From positions 95,310 through 159,309 of the forward strand of contig NMRA01000465.1 of assembly GCA_002633005.1 (NCBI GenBank): DNA of 64,000 nucleotides. The letters are read 5' to 3'. Position 1 is the first letter of the stretch. Every line of letters starts with the position of its first letter. The position numbers and the translations under genes are program-made. Below, one piece after another: positions 1 through 13,300 of the stretch. The notes beneath the pieces were generated by a model. It had not been told where the DNA came from. It worked only from the letters and a program-made list of their open reading frames with translations, and did no database searches. This stretch comes from Phoronis australis. Taxonomy: Eukaryota > Animalia > Phoronida.

Positions 1-842
1 GGTCTGAGGGTAGAGGAGGTTTTAGACTCGTGTCTCGCGTTTTGGTTTAACGCTTCAACTTCGTGTTTAAGGTTTGTGCTTCATATTTAAGTTTAGTGCT
101 TGATATTGCACAGTCAACGTGGAATCCTGAACAAAAATTTTTTGTTTGTTTGTGACGTCACAATACAGCACGCGCCACGTAATGTGAAAGTGACATTTGA
201 AATCCAGGACCTGCATGGACTATTTTTGTAAACGTGAGGTGAAGAAAGTGTCAGAACGAAAACGAAGCTGATTTAGCGGGTTTACCGTAAGTAAATATGA
301 GCCAGTCAGAACAGTTTTCACTTGCTTGGTAACTGACACGTCGGATTTCTAAATTTCAAAGGCAAGTACTCCTAAAGTTTCTCAAAATTCGACTTCAAGT
401 ACCAATCAATACCCATATCCTGTGCATGCAATAGTTGCTGATCTCGCTCCATTTCTTCCAAAAATCGCTATATCGTTACTAGTTTAAGGTTTCTGAACAA
501 GTCCTACAAAACCGTCAAAAATGTTGCGTGAACAGCGACTGATTGAAGTTTTGATGCGTTTGTTTGTAACTACAACGATAAATATTTCACAATAATCTTC
601 TGAACCCGACATAGCGCTTGCACATGGTCCAACAGTGCTCAGGGATGTGTTTTTCTAAACTCACAAGACAAAACAGCGATTGTTTACGCTTCGCAAGTTC
701 AGTTCGCATTTTGATAGTTAGAAATAAGGAGTATGTTTCGCGACAAGTAAAACTGCGAAAAAAGCGTACTACATTAGGCAAAAAATAAGTAGAGTGGGAG
801 CATTGACGGCCTTTAAGAAAAGATGCAAACATTATAAATCAT

Positions 843-1075
843 GGGCCCGTTCCAACAACTTGACTTAGCTAAGACCAATCTTAAATGCGAATAAATTTTA
901 AGATAAGACTTAAAATTGTCTCGAGACCGTTTCAAGAATGAGATCTTAAGTCTGAATTAAGTTTTTGATAAAAGTTTTGTCTTTATCTTATCGGATGTGG
1001 AAGTTTCAAAGTATGGATGCAAATCTTAGACTTAAGTCAAAAATGAACTTAAGTCAGTTTCTTGGAGCAGTCCCC
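843..1075. mobile_element. MITE, PIF/Harbinger-like ends
   Basis: Imperfect TIRs GGGCCCGTTCCAACAACTTGACTTAG ... CTTAAGTCAGTTTCTTGGAGCAGTCCCC; internal CTTAAG-rich subrepeats; no ORF. Confidence 0.65.
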
Positions 1076-1304
1076 ATAACTTCTAAGTTTCCAGATGCTG
1101 TATTTTACAAAACAATTCTTTGTCTATAGTTTCTAATTTATCTGGATGAATGATAATGACTTATTAACACAGGTGCTTCCAATTATCTCTGTGATTCTTT
1201 TGATGGTGTTTTTTAAAAGCACAAGGAAGTGGAAAACACGCTCTTATATAGCCTGAATTTTCAATTTTAGGAATGAGTTGCACATGGGTTTGTTATTTCT
1301 ACAG

Positions 1305-4300
1305 ATGAAGATACTCCAAGTGGCCATTCTAGCCATTACATGTTATCAGGTGCGTGAGTTTTCTCATAATACAAAGAGACTGACAGTGTATTTCTCACCT
1401 AAGGCGCAAACGAAGAGCCAGTTACCGTTGACGGCATTAAGCTAAGGAATAGTTCGATGCTTGAATATCCGCAAAGGAAAGTTGTCAATGAATTATGCCA
1501 AGAGGAATAGTCCATTAAGTCCTTGACTAATTTCACGACTAGGTATGGGGTGTGTACGTAGTTCACTAACACTTATGGCAGGGGGCTGAGCGCGTAACTC
1601 TTCGTCTGCGCCATGTCTTAGCAGTTAACATGACTGCAGGTTGCAACTATATTCGTGTTGCCGACAAACTCAGGCTACTGAGGTAACAATATGAAGGCAG
1701 CTCGTTGACTTAAAGGACATTTAACCTCGTTTTAGACTATTAACAAACATTAGCTACGACTATAATCATTCAAATACTTAGAAACAAAAACAGGATTTGA
1801 ATATCATTTGTGGCAAACACATGGGAAACAAAAAAATATAACTCACGTGATCGGTCTTAGATTGCAACGTTTCCGTTACCTTCATATCGTCTAAGATCAG
1901 TACAACGAATGTCCGACATTGTTTTACGAGGTGACTATTAGTTCGCAATGCTCTAAAACTGCATAGTCAAGAGCTTGTGAGTTTCGTGTGCATATTTGCT
2001 CGACCTCGTGATACGAACCGCTGAAGTTTCAAACTTGTCGTTCGCATTTCAAAAAATCTCAACGAATATATCATTTTGAGAGATGGGAGTCACAAACTAT
2101 GGAATCAAAACTAGAAAAATAAGAAAAATCAAAACTTTTCAACTGACCTAACGTAAAGAGAGATTATTTTCCCATCTCGGCATCTTCCAACGTTTGGCGT
2201 TCGCCTGGTTTTGCACAGTAACGTATATACCCCATGTCGTAACCACAGTTTTCGCAGGAAAAATTTCGCGGATTCCTCTAAACATATGCCGGCACCGTTT
2301 TTTGGTCGTGTCTGAATGATAATAAAAAGTACGAACGGACTTCGCCGGAATTCAGGAAAAGCACGTAAACGCACAATTTTTTGCTTCACCGTACATCGCA
2401 ATAACCTAAGATAATGTTTTGGTATGCAAATTTTAGGTTAGCTTTGTGTCGACCAATACATTGTATATTACTCCGGTATGTTTTTGTTTTTTCATGGCTA
2501 CTACCCAAACGTTTATTAATTGAAATTCCCTATTGTTTTAGGTTGCGCTTCCGTTAGAAGAAGGTAAGGTGATGTAATGATTGCTCTGTTTCAAGTTCGT
2601 CACATTGTGAAACATGAGTATTAATCTTCACGTGCAGTCTTGTGCTGACCACTGGCAGCTAAGGTCGCACTTCACTGCTAGTCAGTCGCACGATACAATG
2701 AGCAAAGAAATTTCTAGGCTGATGGAATGTGAGCGCGCACGGTGTCATTTCTCCCATAATTCCGTGTCGCCGGCATATCACATCTGACAGTTGCTACTTT
2801 GCTTTGCATTGGCGGCTAACTCCCGATTATGGAAGTTACATGACAAACTCGCGAGAGCCGTAGGCCACTGGAGGCTTATAAAACCACTTCGGTGACCATT
2901 TGATATTCCCCGCGCGTCTAGAGCCAGTCCTGTGTTCTAGCGTCAAGATGATGCTTCCCAAGCTTATTACCCGCAATACTCGATTGCTCTATTTCTGCGT
3001 TATATCATTTGTATAGTATATGCACGAGCCCTCATGCGCTATAATGGTAACGAAAATAACGACGATACTTTTCAGAAAAACCATATGAGTTTCCACGTTC
3101 GTGCTTGCGCTAGACACTGCGTGACGAGTGCATGTTGATGCTTAGAATTTAGCAATATTGTCAATAATAACCATTAGGTAGATTACAGACAACAAATTCG
3201 CAACTCCGACATTTTCTTGCGCACTATCCTAGAGGAGGTGTCACTCTCCAAAATTATCAATTTCAGTTTCCGGTTAGTGTATTGTGACGGGAAATTCTCG
3301 CATCTACTTAACTGTCCAGTACAACGAAAAAATAATTGGGGATTGAAACGCTGTTCAAAAATCTCTTCCAATTATAGAACTGTTGGTATCGTGAGTACAA
3401 TGTACTTTTGGAACCCGACCACACAACATCTGACCATGATATGCAGACGATGTACTTGCCGGAAGTAAAACTTGCTAAGTTTGTCATGTGTTGCTAGTGA
3501 ATAATGACGTCATGGCTTATGTGTAAGAACACATATTTCGTCAACTGAAAATATATGGAGTTGGCCATCCACGTAATATAGTCTATGATGTATAAAACAC
3601 CTAGGCTAATAACTGATGACAGATAATTTTACAATGTTTCTTTCTTGACACATTTCATTCTCGTCTTCTTGAAGGCAGCGGACTCATTTCTAGTACACAT
3701 GCTACCGTAAAGGGTCCCGTCGTGAATAAACGAACTTTTGAGGGGTACGTCCTCGTATTTGTAAAACAAGAAAACTTATAAAAATGGTCATAATACAATT
3801 TTGTTGGTGAACATAAGAGTTTTGCTTCATGGTTTATCTTCGACCATTGAATTAGATGAGCATAAAACGTCTGACCATCTTGTAATTCCAAATTGCAATT
3901 GAAGTACAGGAGTTGGCATCGAACAAGAGAGGCATCAGAAAAAGGGAACATCGGACTCCGAACGATAGAGCCGGGTTAACGTCGGGACGGAGAAACATTG
4001 GTAGCCGGCCACTAGGGAACATTAGGACATATTTTGGAGAAGAATGGGGGAGGAGAAAACAGCGACCGAGAAATTCTGGCAAGGACCCGAGAATAGAGCA
4101 AGCGTTTTTTCATAAAACAGAAAAAGGCACCGTTGTCTTCAAAACTGAACATTAAATGAAATTTTCTTGTTTTAATGAAAATATTCTGTCGAATTTGACC
4201 ATTTCAAATTTTAAGAAAGTTACTGAATCATTTTGGTTACAGGAGTTAAAAATATTCCATCCACACCCATGAAACTCTTTGAACACTTAAAAGGTTCCTG

Positions 4301-7300
4301 CACGTAGAATGGACTATGACGACGATGATGATGAAACTGAGGCGGAAAGTCATAGGTGTAAACTAAGGATTAGAATCAACTAAGAACAATATGATTAACA
4401 CAATTCAGTAAAGACTAGTTGAAAATAAAAAGTTTAACGCCGACTTAAGTCACAAAATTAATGTTGTGTTAAAACTGCCAGTAATACAGATATCGTATAA
4501 GTAAGAAGTAATTAGTTTTTTTTGCTCGCCATATATTGGTCACATCACGTGACCTACATGTAAAGTTAAGTCTGAAAAGATCTCTTCCCCGACCGGGCCT
4601 CGAACGCGGGACCTCTGCACGGTTAGCAGGAGGTCCCAGGTTGTAGACCCGGTAGGGACACCGATCTTTTCAGACTCCACTCTAAACTTAGGTCACGTGA
4701 CCAATATGTTGCGTGTAAAAGACTATAATTCTTACTTCCACTTGAGTTAAGCGTTTAGAAATATTCACTGATGCTTGTTTTGTTCATAACATAAATCAAC
4801 AGAAACAAAAACAAAAAAATTTCAAGATTTCCGTTATATAAACTTATTTTTTTCCTCGTTCATTGTGTTAATGCATAGCAGCTTGACATGAATATTGCCA
4901 AAAGATGGCAACATGTAGCACTTGCCAAATTGCTCACCCTACCTTAGATATAAGACTATAAGAAGTTGTGACAGTGAAGACTAAGAGAACAGAACAGATC
5001 ATGTTATTACTCCATAAGAACTGAAACACACCTCTGACGTTCTTCATCATTTGCGTGCATTATGCGCGCACCCAATTGGCAAAGTGGGCAAAAAGGTCTG
5101 CCCCCGAGAGACAAACAATCCGAGAAAATGGGACAAAAGCCCACTAAATAAGGACAAACGCGCAATTCACAGGGTGCTCCCGTTTTTTTTTTTTTTTTNN
5201 NNNNNGAAAATGTATGGAGCCTTGATGGAACTTACAACAGGCTGCCTTGTTGAAATACTTCTTTCTCAAATTGCTGGGCTTGTGATTTGCTAGAAAAGGA
5301 ATACACGGCGCCAGGAGGGCATTAGTTGATTTTTACAAAAAATAAACAACTAAACATTGGGACATTTCAAATGAGGATATGTCCAACCACACAGGAAAAA
5401 TGAAGTATCCACGTTTTACATGATCACGGAATAGACAGACTATCATGCTTTTCTTTGGTTTGCCTATTCGGTCCAAGGGATCCTTGTGTGAAATCATGCA
5501 CTGAACGCTACCTGCACTGGATAAAATCTGGCAGTTCAGTCCCGTCATCGAAAACACGTAATTATTGATTCATTTTTGAAGAATACGCGAGCAGCGTGTG
5601 TGATGGTCATAAAGTAGTCACTTTTAATCCAGGTGTTGTTTAATATGCAGGTGAATATTTTTGTGGAGAGACGACTACGGTACTCAAAGTGCAATGGCAA
5701 CCGTCTGACCCTGCAAAGGCCAAGGCTTATGTTCGTTACCATTCTCAGGATCAGTCGTGTACCAAGACATTAAATGGCCCTGGTGAAACCATTACTGTGG
5801 AATATGGGAAATGTGGAATAGATGTTAGTAAGACAGTTGTGTACTGTTATAATGTTATGTTATTTAACGTTATACTATCTTAGATTGCGTCAGAGCTTGC
5901 TTGGTGTTCATGGGCAGCGCAGCACTGAAAAAATTAGAGCTATAGCCCCCCAACCTCCCTGCTATGCACCGCCAATAGACCATGAGGGACGAAGCACTGA
6001 AAAAATGGGGGCTATATAGCCCCCAGCCCCCTGTGGTGCGCCCAGCCTCCCTGCAGTGCGCCGCCCACGTGTTTCCAGCACCAACAATATTTTGTCGTTT
6101 TTGATATCTTGCCTTTGATTTTAAAAACATGTATCCTCATTTTATTATGCAAGCCGCACCAAAGGTTTCGTCTTAATCGATTCATAGAAACGTTGTCAAG
6201 CAAAACTAGCGACAGATTCACAGTGGACAAAACCACAGAACTCTAGCTTGAGTTCTATATCAAAACACAACGAACAGACTACAGATAGCGTTATGGCTGC
6301 GGTTCATGGCCTTTCCGTTAAGACTTTCGCCACAACAGTCCGCTTTTAACTATATGATTTCCCCAAAATTTACATTAAAGTTCGGATCGCAACGACAGTT
6401 TTCTTTTAATGCTGCCATTACAACTGGTTATTCCTCCTCATCTAGGTTAATGTAGTGACAAAACAGACTTCAGCCAATTTGAAGCTGTAGTGGCTGACCA
6501 TTTTGTCAGTGATGAGGATTCATTGAGGAGACAAATCCGCAATATTCACAAACTGATGATGACATAAATTCATGATCAAGCACATGTTTCGCCATTCACG
6601 TGCTGTCAGATAATTGATGGATGGAATAGACTTCGTGAAGTTCTTAGCTTTGACCAGGGCTGTAAAACAATAAGTTTTGTTTTTTCTTTCAAAGTTATAT
6701 TTTCACTGCAACCTGATAAACGGCTAGCCTTGTAAATTTTTTTCAAAAACCATGTTGACGCTGCAGCTTGTAAACTGTGCTCGTTGAAAACGACTGGTTG
6801 TATGAAATTTGTTGATCAACAGTGTTGCAGATAAAGTGTATACCTTGCTTTATTTGCGGCCTGTTTGAGCTTTCGGACTAAGCAGACACCCAGTTGGCCA
6901 TCACGGCGGTTGCTCTGTTTTGTAGCTTGTATTTCCATGGTAATGTGTGATATTGCAGAGTAGTCAGTAAGGGTGTTATAGTAATCCTTGTGAGGTAAGT
7001 AAATTGTCTTTTCCATTGTTTTGCAGAGTGTGGTGCCTAACCAAAATAATCAAAGCATTGACGTCATGGTCGTAACAACTGTGTTGAGCAGTGGCGTCCT
7101 CAGTAGTTCCGCAGACAAAATATACCAGTATCAGTGTCAGTTCAAACAGGGAAAGCCTTACGCGGACGTGTCAAAATCTACCGTCATCAACCCGCGGTAC
7201 GTAGCCTACAGCAAACAATCAGCATCAAACAACCTTTTCTGATGAGTTCACAAACACGTGTGTGTGTCACAAACACGTGTGTTTGTNTGCATGGGTAGAA

Positions 7301-10300
7301 CCTGGTCCCGTGACCATTAGCATACATCGGCCGAAATATCCGGTCAACAGCAAATCCGCGAGCCGTAGCCGTGAGATTACGACGCCCAGTAGGCTCAAGG
7401 TATGCAACTAAAGGCCGATTTGGCTGATAGCATAGCCGACTCTCTCGAAGCGTCATCCAAAGTGTTTCAACTACGAAGCTTTACTCAGTCTCTCTAAGCA
7501 ATTTCTCATGCTCAAGTTAAATACTCAAATTAGTTCTTCGAGTTTCTAAGGAGTACTCGGAAAAGCGTGACCAGCAATAATTACCGAGAAGGACCGCGTG
7601 CACACTAGGCAAAGTTACTGGAACAATCCCGAAATCCCACTTACCTACTTCAAACAGTACTCAATAGCCGGTAAATTTATTTGGAGACAGAAATATTGAA
7701 TTCTATATCATAATTCAACATTACAACCTTCCCAACCGACCACCTCTGTAACCACCATTTCGCTAGAGTAAGCTAGTAGTACGCACTCGTGCATAACTCG
7801 GGAAACACCTCGCTGGTTCCCTGCGTGCTTAGCCCAGCCAGCACCCAAGTATCGTGCAGTCATTGGTTGAGCTTTACAACACCGTAAAAATGGCGGACTG
7901 TGAACGATTTTTAGCCTTGTCATGCAAGTGGCATCGCAGTTACTATTTCGATTCTGCAGTGATGCTTAATAGCCACGTGCTTGAAGCACATACATGTACA
8001 AAATATCTGGCCGATTTAACCGATGTGTTATGCATACTGTATGAATACTGGACACTATCGTAAACAAAAGTCATCGACAGCAGAAAGATGCATTCCGAAA
8101 AGGCGCAATCACAATTTCTAGGCTTCTCATTTCCTGAACGCATAAATTTTAAGCACCGATTTGTCTGCTTAGTGTGCAACAGACCATATTTGCACTTCAG
8201 TCCACCAGTCATACAAGTTTGTTTGCGTAATGCGCTGCCTGTTGAGAATTCGACTAGCCAAGGAGAAACGCCGGTAATTCCCGAGGAAAATTAAGTGATA
8301 CCTGCGTGCTGACGCGGCTATCGCCTCACCTAGCGGCACGCAGGGAACCAGCGAGGGGAAACACCTGCCATTCGCGTTATCTTGCGTGGTTTGTTTTTTC
8401 GCAAGATTCGCACTTTCGTATAAACGTGAGGTTTCACGAAGCACTTCAATTTTATTTTTTTCTTGCTTTATCGCATCAAAATGTTCCATAGAAATCAAGT
8501 ATAGTTCTCTGGTCACAGTAAGTCTTAAAAAGGCTTGTAAAGCTTGATGCGGTTACCATTAATCGAGTGACTATATTGTGGAGTAAGTCTAATGAGGAAT
8601 TTAAATGCGCAGTGAACCAGTGTCTCATGTCAAGACAGGAATATTTGATTTGGACCACGTATCGTTATACGTATTTGAAACAGCTTTCTAAACAGGCTCA
8701 CCAGGTTCCGTATCACGGCGGTGGAGCACTGCATTCAGATTTGTGAGGCCCTCAGACACATTCACTTCCTTTCCATGATGTCCACAAAACAAATTCACCC
8801 ACATTTCACGAGGTCCTCAAACATGTTTACTCCGTTTTCATAAGGGTCTGAATCATGCCCATTCCTTTCGCACACTTAAGAACTGTCACATTGGTATTCA
8901 CTGAATTCAAGTACCGACCCATGTTGAAGTTCTCTTGACGAAAACTTGTATCATGATTGCAGGACCGTTCTCACAAGCGGGACTGCCGGCAATGTTCAGG
9001 TGGTTCTCGACATACTTGACGAAAAGTTGGTGGTGGTAACAGACGTCAATGCAGGCTCTTTGGTGATAGCGCAGATGAAATTTAACGACAGTAAGTGTGT
9101 TTAACAAAAGGAAAGTTAATTCATTGATTGATATTTGTGCAACGATACTGTAATCCATTGATTCATTTGACTCACTGATGACGTTACTGACCAAAACTAC
9201 TGTTCACGTGCACGGTCCCAACAGCATTGATCAGAGCCTTTCTTTAGAAGGGTTGTCGGTGGATATCAGTTGGAATTAAATGAATGACAACGATCCCCAC
9301 TTACGGGGCTTAACTAAGATAAGGTCCTCTATGTGAAATGCCAGCAACTAAAGATCAGGCAGCTTGTAAAGTGCAACGGAACTGGGGTGAACTCGTCTCA
9401 TTGTTTCAGTGTAGGCCTAAACACTGTTCCCAGCCAGAATGCGCCTTTTTGTGTCAAGATGTCATTGTCTGTTTCAGTTAGCATGGGCTAGCGTTGTTGT
9501 TTTTGACAAGGTGTGTTTCAAGTCGTCAAAGACTCTTGGTTCATCTCCTTCCCGTTTCCGTTTGGTGGGTGAGAAGCCTTAAAGATCGGGTGGTATGCTA
9601 AATGACATACGGCTTAAGGCCCCGCTCAAAAAGGGACTATTCAAATGTTGTTTCGGGTGATCCATTTATCCAAAAAGCTGCAGGAACTCACAGACTTTCT
9701 CGTCCTCTCAAAGTTCGTGGTCATCGGAGGGCGAGGGACAGCTGCAAAACTGTGGCCACCAAGGGGAATGAAATTGTAATGACTAAGGCCCAGAGACGAT
9801 TCGAAGCATGCAACACTGTGGTTTTGAAACCTTAACCCGCCACTGAATGCAAATGTTTTTTCCAGCTCAGTCTCTTCGAATCAGGTGAAAGTCAATATGC
9901 GGTGGTCGTACTTCCATTGAAAGGCGTGCTTTTGTGCGAAACTCCAACTCAGTTAGGTTTATTCGGATGTGTCGGATGTGTTTCTCTGCGTTGGAGTCGA
10001 ATTAGGTCTTTGCCATGTTAGTCAAAGTTCTCGTAACCGACATAGATTGTATCATCGCTGGTGCTTCTTTTTGGAGATATTGGCTACGGTCTCGTAAGTG
10101 ATCTTTTGGGAAACTGCTATTGCGGAGCAAGATGGTCTAGAGTTGCTTGAATCTCCAGTGGAGTAGGAAAAAGTTGTGAGGTGTCTAGAATCAGGGTATG
10201 CAGGCTGTGGTGTCCTTGGCAAATGTCACTTTTATTTAAACATATCGCACCCGTTCAGGTCAGCTACAACACTGCCAAACGCATGGGCGGATCCATGATT

Positions 10301-13300
10301 TTTAGCTGGGGGGGCAGGGCAGAGTATTAGCCAGGATTTTGCCCGTCAGACATCCGCACCCCCGAACTGCCAAATGGAATCTGGGAGAGTTTAGGGTGGG
10401 GGGCATGGCTCCCTCGACCCCCTCTAAATCCGCCACTGAAACGCGGTTATTATGTGAACCTTTTCTGATGGCGGTTTTGTTTACAGGTACTTGAACTTCA
10501 TTAGGGTTGATGGCTGTGGGTACAGCCACAATCGCTGAGATCCATGTCGTTGAGTCTTCTATTTTCTCGATCGATGACAGCTTCTTCACGTTTATGAATC
10601 CTAGCTTCTACGTTTTTCACGGACTTGGACGGACATTCTGCTGTTGCATAGTTGATTCCAATGACACGGTAGTAAGATTTCGAGCTTATTTCCATGGTTT
10701 TGCGTGATCTTGCGTAATCTCGCTCTTCTCGCAAGAAACTTGGTCTAGGCATCGCTAGCCTTGTATAACACCGTCATTCGGCCATGTTTGTGACTTGGTC
10801 CACTATTTACTGCCATATCCGTGTCCGATGCACGAACCTGTGTCATTAGGGTCTTTTGGAAAAGCAAAAAAATATTGTCTTCTGATTGCTTTTACCGCAT
10901 CCTCTGCACATGCTGCTTTCATAATACTCAGTATCATTTTTTAAATATTAGCACAGTTCCAGAAATCGCTTTGCATTATATCCAGGTTCTCATTCACTCT
11001 CTTGCACATATTCACAAGTAAGACCGAACTTAGGGGAATATGAGACACCTTTGTGTAATGCTCGAATGTCAGCCAGTGAAGCCATGATTTGAACCCAGGC
11101 GTGCGTTCAGTAACGCTAGGACCTACGCTAGGACCTAACTAAAATCTAGCCAAAGTCACGTGTTCTCATTTAAAATACACGGCAATGTCTCACGTGATAT
11201 CTCGAAGTCTTGCTTTTTAGCGAGGTCCTAGCGTTATTGAGCAGGAGGCTGGTCTCTCAAGCAAGAGTCCGGAACTTTAACCACTGAGCCACACTGTCGC
11301 TTCAATAATAATACTCAAGCGAACTTAGTTTTGAAACCATTACGGGTCGCAGCTTGTGTAGAACAACACGACGACGGAGACCGGATCCAATGATGACGCC
11401 ATGCAAAATGTTTAATGTTTGCGTTTACGTCTTGATAAAAAGCACAGAAATTGAAGAAGAAATGTTAAATGTACCATACCAAAATTTTTGGTAACCAAAT
11501 CCTAGCATTTATGGCCATGGTGTGAGTTATTTTTCATTTTATAAAATTATATTAAACCATGTTTTTGTCCTTCAATTTCTTTGTTGCTCTCCGAGTCAGC
11601 AAGTTAGTTATCTCCTATTCGGAACACCTCAGATATTTTCGGAGCATCTCGGATATTTCCGTAGCCTCAAATTTCCCCTCGGAGCATCTGGAACACCTCG
11701 GGCTTTCCCGCAATCCCATATCCCTCGGATGCATTTCACGTAAGCCCATATGCGAACTTAGTAAGAACTGCAAGTCGTGTGGCTTTCAAAATGGGGTATG
11801 CCGTCAAAAGTGCCGGAATACCTCCGCGGTAACTGAGCACGGACTGGGAATGACTTAGTATATGTATTTGATACTTGCTGAGTATATAGTCATGGTTTCA
11901 ACCGGCTGTTGACCAAATCCTTTTGCTGCGTAGATATAGAACACCTCCGAGGGATAATTTAACGCTACGAAAATACCAAATGTGTTTCTGATGCACCTGA
12001 ATATGAAATTCATCTCAGGATGGCCGATGTTCGTGGATACCTGTTGTGCTGGGTATCAGGAGTTCTCCTTCAAGTCCACAGCGCACGTGCAGCAAACTTT
12101 CCTATCAGCGAAACTACATATCGTTTGAAATTTACAAAATGGCTAACTAAAATATTGGTAACTTTCGATTGAGAATGTTTATATGTTGTTCACGTTGAAG
12201 AAAGGTGTGTTTAAGAATCAATATTCTAAGGATTGTTACAATAATACCGTCAGGTCAAAAGCTCTACAAGGGAAACGGTATCATCACAGACATCACATAT
12301 AGCGTTGATCCTGCGCGTCATCTCTCAGCGGTTCCCATTGAAGTCATCAAGGACGGGTGAGTAGCCATGGTAACTGCCTATCACAACAAAAACACGACAA
12401 GGTTGGCTTGCGGGTGACTTTCTTTCTTTCAAATTTGAGTCTCTTGTCCATTTAATACATGCATTCCGTCACGGTAAATAAGAACTATACAAATAACAAA
12501 TATGCTAATTTAAGTGTTGTAATCCGGGCTGGTGTCCTTGTTGTGACACCATCAGCTTCAGTTGCAATTGAGCTAGAGATCACCTGCAACTGTATTGTCA
12601 ATCCGGCCAATAATTTCCCTATTCTCAGTCAGACTCATGTATTCGTCGTTTAGTCATTCCTGGCCTTGTGCTGCATTGTACACATGTGTCTGTTTGTGGT
12701 TGTTGTTTATTTTATTTTATTTTTTTTACCGCCATCGCTCGCAGGCAGGCTATATATTTTGTCAATATTACGATTTGCGAGCCATGTAGACAATGACGAC
12801 CGTCTCTAGTTAAACTACAGTCGGTGGAGCTCCTACAGGCGCTTCTTACGTCGGAAGTTTTTCCGTGAATGATACCTCATACAAAACATCAAGTCACGTT
12901 ATTATAAATACCTTTTGCATGTAGAGGGACGTCTTAGGAGGCCATCGAGGTTTTTAATTCCTTCCAACTCTAACAAATACTCCCGTTATCAAACTTTTTC
13001 TTCGAGCAGGCCCCCTTTCAGTTCCGAAAATCAGTATCTCGTCATTTTTACATCGCGTATGCCAGGGGATATGACGTCATACCACCTGCAGCGCGCAGTG
13101 TTAAAANGGTAACCAACTCCCCCTTGTGTACGTTTTGTAAGACTGAACCTGAGACTTTGCTTCACTTATACTGGCAATGTGATGTTGTTCAAAATTTTTG
13201 GAACAACGTTGAAGGTTGGGTTAGAAGCAAAACTAATATTTCCCTTGGTACAAATGTGCTTACAGTTTTCTTTGGAAACAGATGTAGAAGCCAGCCAATT

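Noticed and set aside
8907-9194. Minus-strand ORF first suspected to be an integrase relic
   Set aside because: It is the antisense shadow of ZP exon 8963-9090.
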